Shown here: positions 11,350 to 21,883 of the stretch, piece by piece
Layout of the letters: every line of letters starts with the position of its first letter
Position numbering within the stretch: position 1 is the first letter of the stretch
NCBI GenBank assembly: GCA_000091205.1
Contig: AP006491.2
Source of the DNA: Cyanidioschyzon merolae
Lineage: Eukaryota
Direction: 5' to 3' (one strand)
Length of the DNA stretch: 64,000 bases
Program-made: the position numbers and the translations under genes
Notes under the pieces: model-generated
Told to the model about the DNA's origin: nothing
The model's input: only the letters and a program-made list of their open reading frames with translations
The model's database searches: none

Positions 11350-12270
11350 ATGTCTGGTTACGCAGTCCGAGAGGACCGCAGTCGTCCTGCGTACGCTTGT
11401 CCAGCGTCCGCGGACTGTGTATACGCGCTGGATGCTGCCACACACTCGGCGAGGCGGAAGCTGCTGTCGTTTGCACAGTTTTGGGCGCATCAGCGTATGC
11501 ACCAGCACCAACCTAACGAAAAAGAAATCGAACAAAGTGTGAAAGGGGTGGAAGCGCGTCCGGCTTGGACCAGGAGCGCTGACGAGGAACGGTGCGCGCC
11601 CTGGGAGCAGCGACTGGACAGGGCTTTCCACTGGAACAACCACGGCCGCGCCGACCTTGACCGGAACGCGTACCTTTACGGGTTAGTTATGGGCGACGCG
11701 TTATATCGCGAGAAGGCGTGGCTATCCGTACGAGGGACAGAATGGGCTCGGACCGCCGACAACGACGAGGTCCGCGGCGTCTACCGAAACATACGTTGTG
11801 ACTGGGCGCCTTGCGGCGTGATGCTGCGTGACCTCACGGAACTAGCAGCACACTGTCTCACGCACCTAGATACCAAGTATCACGTTCCGCAAAGCGTTCG
11901 GACACAGTTTGGTCCAGGACAAGCTGTGGACATCCTCGACGGCGAGATGATCTGGTATCCGGCGCGCATCATAGATGCAAGTCCGGGTCGTTTTCTAATT
12001 CGTTACGACGACGAACAGTGGTCACAGGAAGAATTCGATGAGTGGGTTTGGCGAGACAGTCCCCGCATTGCCCCGCGCGGCTACTACACTGCAAGCAAAC
12101 GAAGTCTTCCGCAGGGCACATATTTGCCTCAGAACAACGCGAATCCTCCGCGAGACGAAGGCAAAACCGCTGCGATAGATGCTGTTTCACAAGGGCGTTA
12201 TCGAGTTAGACATTATACAGGACGAGCAAACCGCAAACGAGCGTTGAATGCTTCCTTTTATCGCCGTTGA
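11350..12270 (+). CDS. hypothetical protein with C2H2-like zinc-finger signature and a Tudor/chromo-barrel-like segment
   Basis: First ATG of ORF 11275..12270 (the track start is GTG). CDWAPCGVMLRDLTELAAHCLTHL fits a C-x4-C...H-x4-H pattern. GQAVDILDGEMIWYPARIIDASPGRFLIRYDDEQWSQEEFDEWVW resembles a Tudor-knot or chromo barrel. The family assignment is tentative. Confidence 0.4.
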   Translation: MSGYAVREDRSRPAYACPASADCVYALDAATHSARRKLLSFAQFWAHQRMHQHQPNEKEIEQSVKGVEARPAWTRSADEERCAPWEQRLDRAFHWNNHGRADLDRNAYLYGLVMGDALYREKAWLSVRGTEWARTADNDEVRGVYRNIRCDWAPCGVMLRDLTELAAHCLTHLDTKYHVPQSVRTQFGPGQAVDILDGEMIWYPARIIDASPGRFLIRYDDEQWSQEEFDEWVWRDSPRIAPRGYYTASKRSLPQGTYLPQNNANPPRDEGKTAAIDAVSQGRYRVRHYTGRANRKRALNASFYRR

Positions 12271-14280
12271 ATTTCGAGCACCCTGCCCTGCTGGCCATGA
12301 AAAGCACTTTTGAGCTGGGATATACCGGGGTTGCTGGCCTAGGAACGCGCAACTGTGGGCTGCTATTCCGCAATGCCACGGAAATGAAGCCGCTGCTCCG
12401 CTCGAAATGATGATTCTCGCAGCGGCACTTGCCACGGGCGAAGAAACAGTGTCGCAGTTTGCGGCATTATGCCGGAATCTCCGGCCGTCCATGAACCACC
12501 GTGGTAAGAAGCAATTATCGGCGCTTTGTTGCCGGTCTGAGCATGAAAGTTTTCATCCAAGGCGGCAGGACTTGCTGGCGTTTTATCACGCGGTTGCGAG
12601 TGAGCCGGCATTGTTCGGACCGCGCGGCGTTGCCGACCGCTGGCATTTCCGCCCCCGCGTCCAAGCTTGAATTTATAACAATTTTCTGCGCCCTGGTGCG
12701 CATCACATCACCACAGCGAGCACAGTCTGCTCAGCCTGAATACGGAAAGTATCCAATTGTCGTCGTGGCATGGTTTGTCGCAAACACACTCAGAGGCAAA
12801 TGCCGGAAATGGACGACAGCTCGAGCCCACGGCATTTGTACTCGACAAAAACGCTGCCGTAGATGTTTTCTCGGGAAGCATGCCTCGCGGGCAAAAACTG
12901 AAACGAAATACGTGACGTAGACGCTACGGAATCGTGAGACGTATGCGCGCTTCACGATGATTGCCTGGCGGTTGGTCATACCCGGACGGGCGACATTGGT
13001 GGCCTCGGGGGATGCACTGCACGTTCGAGCTCTTTCATGCGCGTGTGAGTCGCCTGGACAGTATGATCGGCCCGGTTGCGTCCTGAATACTGTGCAGGGC
13101 GTTACTTGGCAGCGCTTGAAACAATGGATGCCGCGTCTCGCAATGCCGCTGAGCCTACATGTTCTGGGACGAGTCGCTCCGAGGCGCATGGTCCTTGAGT
13201 CCAATACTTGAGGGCAATCGCCTTTCAGAAACGTCTTTACTGCGCTGGCTCCGCAGCTCGATTGCGAGCGAGGCGCTGTTCTGTGGAAAGCACTGAAAAG
13301 AGTGCATGAACTCCCGAAAATGCGAAACAAGCGGCCTGGTACCGCGATAACCCGCCAGGCAAGTACCGACGACAGCCGAGTTGGTGATTCGTACTCTCGC
13401 CCATAGTTTTGCTAACTTTGAGCCCAAATCAGCGGACCGCTCGAGTGCTGCTCGAGTGTCCCGATGCCATGCATTCATCCATCCATTCACGCATCCGACC
13501 GAGTCATCAGCTCTCGTGCCAAGAGCAACGCTGCGAGACGGAAAGTGATGCACCAAATCGCGTTCCACTTGCACCGTCAGGATCGCGAGACAAAGTGCGC
13601 ACGAAGGCTTTCCATAGAAGCTGCGATAACATCAAAGAAGAACTTTTCAGTGCGGACCCGAGAACGTTCAACTTTTTGTGACCGTAGCACATCTGTGCCA
13701 TCAAGGCATCGACTGCGCTCTCTCAGTGCACAGAACCTGAACGATATCTCGTATTCGCCCGCAGGATCAGCTACCTATTAGACCAGATGACATCTCGGCG
13801 GTGGCAGTAACTTATCAAACGCCAACATTTGGTTACATGGTGTGCAGTCGCATACCGCCATAGCAGCAAACGCCACGTGCCCGAGGGATTATCGCATCGA
13901 GCTCGGGGAGCATACGCCATTCGACAGGCAGCATGGATAAAGGAAGACAATCGATCGGCATACAGCCTCGCCTACGGGCACGGCATGTAGTGAACTTTTG
14001 TATCGCGTACCGAGGAGGCGTGCAAGGATCCTAGGGTTCTGGTTGCGCCTCGCGCACTGCACCTGGGGCCGCTTCACGCATCGCGATCAATCGTGTGCGT
14101 GTCGCGAGCGTCGCAGAGGGGGCGTCACGAACTGCTCGTTGCGGGCGTTCAGAGCGTTTTGCATGATGCATCGATTCGCGATACCTCAAGGCGCTGAGTA
14201 GACTCCGCCTCGGCATTGGTTCCCATACCTGGCCTTGCGCAGCAAGCGGATACTGCTATGTAATGCCGTCTACGCTGGCT

Positions 14281-15954
14281 CTACTGGTTCGCCTGAATGC
14301 GATTCTGTGCATCTCTGACTTCCAGAGGCCAATCCACCACGAATACAATGTAGCAAATGTAAAAGAGTGCTAGACATAATTCTCCCATAGCAAATCCTAA
14401 CCAAAATCCATTGACACCCTGACGAAAGACAAATGCAAAGAGCGCTGCTAGCGGAACACACCCCGTCCAGAAACCGAGGAAGCTCGCAAGAGCACCAGTC
14501 CGCTGCTTCCCGATCGATTTGAGAATCCCCACACTCGTGTACTGCAAGCAATCCTGAATTTCAAACAATGATACGAAGAGCGCGGCCTGTGCAGCTCGTT
14601 CGCCGATATAAGCATCATTTGTGAGCAGTCGTGGCCAGCGATCGCGCGTGCTCGTCAGTAGGATCGCAAGAAGTATGCCGGCAACCGCGGCTACCATTAA
14701 TCCCAGGCGAGCGGCGAGTCGTGCTGCCGCTGCACATCCCGCTCCGACCAGATTCCCGACCTGAACGGACACGCCAATATGGATCGAAAGCGGTAGCATA
14801 AAGCAGAAATAGACGGCATTCATAAGAACTGCCTGAGTCGCCACCGCATCTGCCACGGAACGATCTCCCGGATGCGGCGGTAAACGCGCGGCCATAAAGA
14901 GCGTGACTTCAAACGCGCCCCATTCCACGAGCACCCATGCGGTTCCGGGGAGTGCCAAAGCAAGAAAAGGTGTCCATTCTCGCCATAACTCGCGGAAGAG
15001 GGCACGCGGCGCTCCGTCATGAGCATCGTTCCCGGACGCCGGCACTGAAACGTACACCCCAGACGGCGACAATAACGAATGCCAACATTGCTCACCGAGG
15101 CGCCACTTGTACATCACGAGCGCAAGCGTTCCCAGGAGCGCCCACTGACTCAAGGCGAGTGACAGCGCTGCACCGCGGATACCCCAGTGCAGTCCCGGAA
15201 TGAGCACGGTGTGGAAAAGGACGTTGGCAACTGCCGCTACGAGGGTCACCTGAATGATGGGCCTTACGATTCCCTGAGCCTGAAGGAATCGTTTCAGGAC
15301 CTCGTACAGGATCATCGGAACGAGTCCGAGGGTGTACCATCGGCAGAGTGCTGTTGCCAAGGCTACAGTCTGATTACCTGCAGCAGCTGCAGCAGCAGTT
15401 GATAATGATGATGAGGCCGCCGCAGCCGTTTCCGGTGTGAGCAGAGCAGCAAGCACGTGTGGCGCCAGTCCGTTCCAGAGCAGCGCTATTAGTGGTGCAA
15501 CGACGACAAGCTGAATGACAGCACCACGCAGTGCAACCAGCGCCACAGTGCGATAGTCACCGGCTCCGTACGCATTTGCACAGAGCGTATCCAAAGCGGA
15601 GCAGAAGCCCGCAACCAGCGCGTTTCCTGTGATGTTGACCAGTGCCAGACCTAGACCTATCGCAGCGAGAGACTCCGGATCAGTCCAGTGACCAATGAAA
15701 GCGGTGCTGACAAGCGTCAACGACGCCTGGCCAACGTACGAGAGCAACACCGGCAAAGCGAGCTGCGTGATCGACTGGATGAGCTCCAGTGCAGTGCGTG
15801 TACCTCTCTCCGTGCCGGCTTCGTGATCAACCAGCCTCTTCTGGCGAGCGACGGTCGAACGGTCCCCAGTCACTGTAGAGTCCGCTTTGCCGGTGGGTTC
15901 CATTAACGTTGGTTCCAGAGGCCTTCCTTCGTCGACCAGCGGTGGTTCAATCAT
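14281..15954 (-). CDS. MATE family efflux transporter (multidrug/toxic compound extrusion)
   Basis: About 12 hydrophobic segments. The MATE-typical N-terminal block is present (LALPVLLSYVGQASLTLVSTAFIGHW...AAIGLGLALVNITGNALVAGFCSALDTLCANAYGAGDYR). The track start at 15990 is TTG; ATG candidates are at 15954 and 15903. Confidence 0.8.
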   Translation of the reverse strand: MIEPPLVDEGRPLEPTLMEPTGKADSTVTGDRSTVARQKRLVDHEAGTERGTRTALELIQSITQLALPVLLSYVGQASLTLVSTAFIGHWTDPESLAAIGLGLALVNITGNALVAGFCSALDTLCANAYGAGDYRTVALVALRGAVIQLVVVAPLIALLWNGLAPHVLAALLTPETAAAASSSLSTAAAAAAGNQTVALATALCRWYTLGLVPMILYEVLKRFLQAQGIVRPIIQVTLVAAVANVLFHTVLIPGLHWGIRGAALSLALSQWALLGTLALVMYKWRLGEQCWHSLLSPSGVYVSVPASGNDAHDGAPRALFRELWREWTPFLALALPGTAWVLVEWGAFEVTLFMAARLPPHPGDRSVADAVATQAVLMNAVYFCFMLPLSIHIGVSVQVGNLVGAGCAAAARLAARLGLMVAAVAGILLAILLTSTRDRWPRLLTNDAYIGERAAQAALFVSLFEIQDCLQYTSVGILKSIGKQRTGALASFLGFWTGCVPLAALFAFVFRQGVNGFWLGFAMGELCLALFYICYIVFVVDWPLEVRDAQNRIQANQ

Positions 15955-18246
15955 CAGGCGCTTCTTGGCACCGTGAACCGTGCCGTCCAAACCCGACTAG
16001 GTCCAAAAGAGGCTTTGGGTGTTCGCGTCAACACCAGAGCTAGTCTCAGTTGAACTGAATGACCTCTATGAACGGCTGCAGTGGTTCGCGGAAACCACGA
16101 CAAGTACGTCGTGAGCGTCGCTGCGGATCGCAGGCAACAAACGACACCTCGATATCATGCAATGTTCGTGTCTCTATGCCGTGTCCAACGCCGCGAGTGA
16201 TACTTCGCTGAAGCTATCTATATCGAGCATTGCATTCCTGCGTACGTCGATGCATACGTAGTACGAGATGCTTGACGATTCATCGCAACATGATCCATGA
16301 ATCTCCGCAGGCCCCAGTGGATACACGAAAGCAGCTCGTAAACGAGGTATCGAGCGAGATTTTTCCCAGTGCAAACAACGTCGACCATATCATTCACTGC
16401 TTTGGATTTCCTGTTCCAACCGGACGAGACCTCGTTTTCCGTCATGGAAGCATCAGGAACAAACACTGAACAAATGCTGATGTCCGTCATTCCGGTACAA
16501 TCCGCCGTTTGCCAGGAAAAGCGCCTTGAGAACACAGCGATCGTACTGAAAAGGTTCGTAATAGAGGCGATGTTCAGGAAAACATCATGTTTTTCGCTGT
16601 AGAACGAATAATTCGATGCGTTGAAGCAGGTGAAATTGTGGAACTGCGATGTGCACCTTTGCAGTGTCCGTCATCACTCCAGGGGAACTAGTACTCGGAA
16701 GACTGCTCGCGGGTGTTCACGCTACAACTTACGAAAGCCTCGTTTCACCGAGCGCATCGGAGAATTGCTTCTGCTTGTTGGACGGGCAAATCCACGGCCT
16801 TCCAGGATTGCATTGCCGAAGTAACGCCGCGCAGAGACTTGCACGTCAACCGTGGTAACCATGACCACAGGCTGACGCTTCCAGTCCGGTATACGATGCT
16901 CGGGGTGAACGCCCGTGTCGCCTTAGCTCGGGGTACCTCGGACCCCGGTGCAACACAGCCAGATCATCCGAACTTTTGTGGAACATCGCAGTAAGTACTG
17001 CTTTTAGGGTAAAGTGCACGGCATCACAGATTTGATGAGGCCAAGTACGATACAAGTAATGCAGAGCGACCTGCGACACACTTCAGGTAGCTCTGTAATA
17101 TCAATGAATCATTTCCCGCCAGACAGCGGACATGCCTGGCGAAGCACGGCGCTCATGGGCGTCCAGTCTCATGACACAGCACAGAGCACAAGGCTTGTCT
17201 GCGAGGCAAGAGGCTCGCCTACTGGACCGATTGGCGCTGCGCCCCGGATAGACATGCGTTCGTATCCGTTGGAGCGAAGCTCCGTGTAGGCGGACACGTG
17301 CGATGGTCGCCTGCCTCGCTTCCGAAAGCAAGCCTGCTTCCGCGGGAATTTCTGCTTCGATTCACTGATCTTGCATATGAAACCAAAGCAATATGCTGCA
17401 TGCTTGAGGACGCACTCGGACTATGCGACATCACGCTGAAGCTTAACTTGTAGGCGGATGCTACATGCAGTGACCCTCATGATCTCACGGATTCGAGTTT
17501 GTATGCATCATGCACGTGGAACAGAACCGGTTCGTTTCTGCTTGCATTTCACAAAGGCATTCAACGGTACCGAGAGCAAGCGCATTTTCCACCCGGTTAC
17601 GCACCCGTGAAAACTGACAGAGCACCAGCGTGTCTGGCATCTCGTGCGTTCACTGGCGGGCGGTAACCACCGGTATACTGCTGCGGCGTTCGAAGGGCTT
17701 CATGGTGCACTAGTGTACGCGGTTTCCTCAAGAGACGTACATCCATGGATCACCGACTAGACGTGCAGAGAACGCGCATACGCTTTCTGGGACGATCAGT
17801 TTGCGATTCACGCCTCCGCCTGGATGGATGTAGCAAGGAGCCGCGCAGGGAGCGCACATCTGCGACCTCGGACGATCATTTTTGCAATACATACCTCCAA
17901 ACATCAAAGCTGCTCGTGTGTCCACCACTAATGAACCGGTTTTTGCCGCGCCCAAAGACCTTCCGATCCAGAAGACATTGCTCGTGCAGCCGCAATACCT
18001 TTACGCTCGTACGCACGATGTGTTCTGCACGAGTAGCAGATGCAACCTGGCTTCGACTTGACGCATCTGTTCTCGATATACGGCTGCGTGCAGGGCTTGG
18101 AAACCGCTACGATTTCATGCATGAGACGTCCTGCGACAGCAACCGAAACACCTTGGCTTCGGGTTGACGTCACTGGTCACCATGGCTGCATGAGCGTGTT
18201 CGCAGCATGTGTGCCCTGCTCTGCACAAGATTCGGAAGCAGGTCGC

Positions 18247-19056
18247 TCAACGTGCACGAGGCCATTCGTCTTCGCTTTGCGGCGCGCTCTTGGACTGAAG
18301 CCCCGTACCGGCGGAATCCGTGCCAACGGATACCACATCCGACTCGGGCGGTGTCGTGGTATCCGTCGTTCCATCAGTGGAGCGTTCGTTGAAAAAAGGG
18401 CCCTCATTGAGCCCTTTTTCGTAGCCAGCTCGAAAAGCTTGAATGCTTTCTCGTAACGCCCGGATGCGAGACTGAACGGCTTGCTCGAGAGACTGTGTTT
18501 CTCCGGGCGCCTCAGCTGGTGCCCCTGTTCTTGGTGCTCCAGCTGGTATCCAAGCTGCCACTTGTTTCCACTGCTCTTTCCAGAGCGGCGAAGCTGCTGC
18601 GCTTGCCGGGTCCCAGCTTCGCACACGTTCGTGCAGACTGCGAAAAGCTCCAGCCCAGTGCGCAGCGGTATCAGCCGGCGCGGCTGAATCAGCAGGAGCC
18701 GCAGTCGGCGCCGATCGAGCTCCGTAGCCCCAGGTACGAAAGTAGATCTGCACAAAGTGTCGCAAGAACTGCCAGCGGTTCTTATGAGTACTCTGTATCC
18801 AGTCCCTGAAAAGCGGTTCGTCGGCATCGAGGTGCTCCTGGGCCGCTAGAGCCCGTGTCTGGCCTCCGCTGGAGCCGTCCGTCGCCGTTCTCCGAACCGT
18901 GAGCGGCTCGTCTTCGTCAAGTGCTCGGTACTGGGCGCGCCATTCCAGGCGATGTAAGCGCCAACGTGCTCGAAGACGTCGACACTGACGTCTACAGAGA
19001 GCGTACGTCTGCAAGCAGCGCTGCTTGACTGCCCGCAGACGGACACGAACCCTCAT
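18247..19056 (-). CDS. hypothetical protein
   Basis: ATG at 19056. There is a conserved-looking internal segment LFRDWIQSTHKNRWQFLRHFVQIYFRTWGYG, and the rest is Ala/Pro-rich low complexity. It overlaps a second frame (18177..18827) on the same strand. No family was recognised. Confidence 0.35.
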   Translation of the reverse strand: MRVRVRLRAVKQRCLQTYALCRRQCRRLRARWRLHRLEWRAQYRALDEDEPLTVRRTATDGSSGGQTRALAAQEHLDADEPLFRDWIQSTHKNRWQFLRHFVQIYFRTWGYGARSAPTAAPADSAAPADTAAHWAGAFRSLHERVRSWDPASAAASPLWKEQWKQVAAWIPAGAPRTGAPAEAPGETQSLEQAVQSRIRALRESIQAFRAGYEKGLNEGPFFNERSTDGTTDTTTPPESDVVSVGTDSAGTGLQSKSAPQSEDEWPRAR

Positions 19057-19240
19057 AAACTCGAGGGCGCCTCGGGTTCATGAGCGATACTCCAAGGACG
19101 CTCAACGCCAACACCGGCATCGCATCCGAATGGCGCTGCTGCTACTGTTGCTGCATAGGTGCGGAGGCGAATATCTTCTAGCTCCCCGAAATGTTCATCC
19201 AGAGCTGAGTAGCGGCCTCCTGCCGCGCACATGCGTCGTT

Positions 19241-19666
19241 ATGGTTGCGAGTGCTAGTGAAAGTGAAGCTGAAGTGGACCTGTTTGAGGAGAGCGCGAGT
19301 GATCAGGAGCAAGCGCTACCAGTGGCTGAAGCAGAAGCGACGGCGGCGGTACAGCGACTAGTTCCTCACGAGCACCGCCCAGAGGCCCCGCAGTGCTGTT
19401 ACGTTCTGGAGATCGCATTTCAGACACCAAAGCACGCTTCATGGGTGCTTCGCTCCCTCGAACTGGATCCAGAGCTTCGACCTAGACTCGTGGAGAGGCA
19501 CCTTGAGGTCACTGGCAATCAGTTGCGCGTCGCGTTTCGAGGCTGGGACCGCCGCGTTTGTCGCAAAGCCATCAACGCCTTTCTCGACTCGCTACATACT
19601 TCCGTTGACGTCCTCGAACGATTTCAATCAGGAGATAGACCTTGGGAATCCGGGGCTAGTGGTTAA
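19241..19666 (+). CDS. Pcc1/LAGE3-like KEOPS/EKC complex subunit
   Basis: The C-terminal roughly 80 aa (CCYVLEIAFQTPKHASWVLRSLELDPELRPRLVERHLEVTGNQLRVAFRGWDRRVCRKAINAFLDSLHTSVDVLERF) matches the Pcc1/CTAG fold pattern. The track start at 19025 is TTG; ATGs are at 19130 and 19241. Confidence 0.6.
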   Translation: MVASASESEAEVDLFEESASDQEQALPVAEAEATAAVQRLVPHEHRPEAPQCCYVLEIAFQTPKHASWVLRSLELDPELRPRLVERHLEVTGNQLRVAFRGWDRRVCRKAINAFLDSLHTSVDVLERFQSGDRPWESGASG

Positions 19667-20103
19667 GGAGGCCTGCCAGATGAAGCTTGTCCGGCTTTCG
19701 CGAAACGACGGAGGGATTCGGCGTTTTCGTCGCAAGAGAAGCGATGACACGTAGCGCCAAAGTTTGCCGTCAAGTTGTCGACTGGGGCGCCCAGAAGCAA
19801 GTTTACTGGAGCATCGCGTGATGGATAGAATCCGCATGAATCGCGGAGGAGCCACGTCATAAAAACGGACCAAAATGAGTACCCGTTGGTGGCCCGTGCC
19901 GAGTACCTGCTCGGAGGAGTTTCTCGTATCCAGTGCTTCCGTCCGGCATCGAATGGTCGTGCATCTTCTCCGGCGTACCACATGTTATCTAGGAAGTGAG
20001 AAACAGTCTCTCCGGTTAAGCTTATCGACGTCGGAAACAGACAACGGAAACTGTCTGGTGAGTTCCGCGGCCGCAGCTCCGTATCCATCTTGCCAATCGG
20101 ATA

Positions 20104-20656
20104 CATCGGAACCAGTAGCAATCCGTAGCGTTTCCGAGTACACAGGTTGCAATGTGTCATCACCAGTTGGAACCAGTAGCACTCCGTAGCGGTTCCGAGT
20201 ACACAGGTTGCAATGTGTCGTCACCAGTTGGAACCAGTAGCACTCCGTAGCGGTTCCGAGTACACAGGTTGCAATGTGTCGTCACCAGTTGGAACCAGTA
20301 GCAATCCGTAGCGTTTCCGAGTACACAGGTTGCAATGCGTCGTCACCAGTTGGAACCAGTAGCACTCCGTAGCGTTTCCGAGTACACAGGTTGCAATGCG
20401 TCGTCACCAGTTGGAACCAGTAGCACTCCGTAGCGTTTCCGAGTACACAGGTTGCAATGTGTCGTCACCAGTTGGAACCAGTAGCACTCCGTAGCGTTTC
20501 CGAGTACACAGGTTGCAATGCGTCGTCACCAGTTGGAACCAGTAGCACTCCGTAGCGTTTCCGAGTACACAGGTTGCAATGCGTCGTCACCAGTTGGAAC
20601 CAGTAGCACTCCGTAGCGTTTCCGAGTACACAGGTTGCAATGTGTCGTCACCAGTT
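20104..20656. repeat. 61-bp minisatellite, about 9 tandem copies
   Basis: The unit agttggaaccagtagca(c/a)tccgtagcg(g/t)ttccgagtacacaggttgcaatg(t/c)gtcgtcacc repeats with period 61 (unit starts at 20165, 20226, 20287, ... 20592). It is intergenic, between the Pcc1-like and NDUFA6 genes. Confidence 0.9.
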
Positions 20657-21088
20657 AACAGTGATCGGCACCCGAGGGCGCTCCCAGGGAGACGTCACCG
20701 GAATGCGCAAACCTCGGAAGCCTCATGGGGTATCTTCAGTTCATGGTCAGAGTGCTACCTGAACTTATACTTCCTTCCGTCGCTGTGCAAAAGCTCGGCC
20801 TTGGCTACGATTTCGAATTAGATGACGCTTGAGCAGGAGCTCTTGTCCAACAACTGCTAGAGGCGCGCGTTGCCTCGACACCTGTCTTGTGTGCTGGTAC
20901 TGGCCCCGCACACGCATTGCCTGGCAACGATACTCGCTCGTGAACTGTGCGATCATGTGATCCAAAGAAAAGACGCAACTCTCTCTCAGTTTTTGCGACT
21001 CATTGCAAGCCTCCTCGTAAGGACTCAGATGATGTCAACCACGCTCTGGCTCGTTCGCTCGCTTGCAAGTACGGCAACGGGCTTTTGC

Positions 21089-21883
21089 TCACATCAGATG
21101 ACACTGATACGCGCTGTTCTCCGCGGCATTCGTGCGTTGTTGGTAGCTGCGGTTCAACTCGAGTTCCTTCGCCGTAAAGAGGCCATTCTGCAGCGCAAAA
21201 TTCTGAAAAAGGCGCTCCTGCTCTGAACGCCACTTTTCGTAGTGAGACCAGCTTACAACCCATTCTGGTATGATTCGTTTCTGCCGCCACTCGAGTACTT
21301 TTCGCAGACGCATTGCCTGCTGGGCCTCAGACACGTCTCCATCCGCAGTCAAAGCTTTCCGACCGGCAAGCGTCCGCCCCTGCTGATGAAGCCGTTCCTC
21401 GAACTGCCGCACATACTGAAGAATGTGGTGGCGGCTCTTCCACTGCGCAATGATTTCATTCAACTCCTGTTTTCCTCTGAAGATCAGAATATCAAGGACC
21501 TGTGGGTCGCGTATATCACTATTGCGCTCGAACTGGTCTCGAATCACCGCTTTAAGCGTGTTATAGTCCTCAGCGAGCGCAAAGTCAATACGCATCTGAG
21601 GAATTTGACGCAGAAATCCCCGGTATAACGCTCGCACTTTAGCCTGGGCCTCCTCCAGCGTAGCTGAGGCATCCACGGTCGCGTCGCGTCCACTGGCTCC
21701 GGTCTCGGTGTAGCTTGGCCGGTTCACACCCCGAGCTCCAACCACAAGCACGGGGTCGGAGCCGTCAGGAGTAACACTACTGGTTGCTGCAGCCCGGCAG
21801 AGGCTCGGGGAAGCAGCAGAGCGCAACCCCGCTGCAGCTCCCTTCTGCAACCTGTTCAAGCTTGGACGCACATGCGCCTGCAT
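21089..21883 (-). CDS. NADH dehydrogenase 1 alpha subcomplex subunit 6 (NDUFA6/B14, LYR family) with N- and C-terminal extensions
   Basis: It has the LYR motif (VRALYRGFLRQIP). DPQVLDILIFRGKQELNEIIAQWKSRHHILQYV aligns with human NDUFA6 [33 protein letters not shown]. The track start at 21916 is GTG; the ATG at 21883 gives MQAHVRPSLNRLQKGAAAGLRSAAS, a presequence-like N-terminus. Confidence 0.7.
   Translation of the reverse strand: MQAHVRPSLNRLQKGAAAGLRSAASPSLCRAAATSSVTPDGSDPVLVVGARGVNRPSYTETGASGRDATVDASATLEEAQAKVRALYRGFLRQIPQMRIDFALAEDYNTLKAVIRDQFERNSDIRDPQVLDILIFRGKQELNEIIAQWKSRHHILQYVRQFEERLHQQGRTLAGRKALTADGDVSEAQQAMRLRKVLEWRQKRIIPEWVVSWSHYEKWRSEQERLFQNFALQNGLFTAKELELNRSYQQRTNAAENSAYQCHLM

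Noticed and set aside
20104-20656. Tandem 61-bp repeats as a possible CRISPR array
   Set aside because: The units are contiguous with no unique spacers, the period is too long and too uniform, and the context is eukaryotic. It is a minisatellite.
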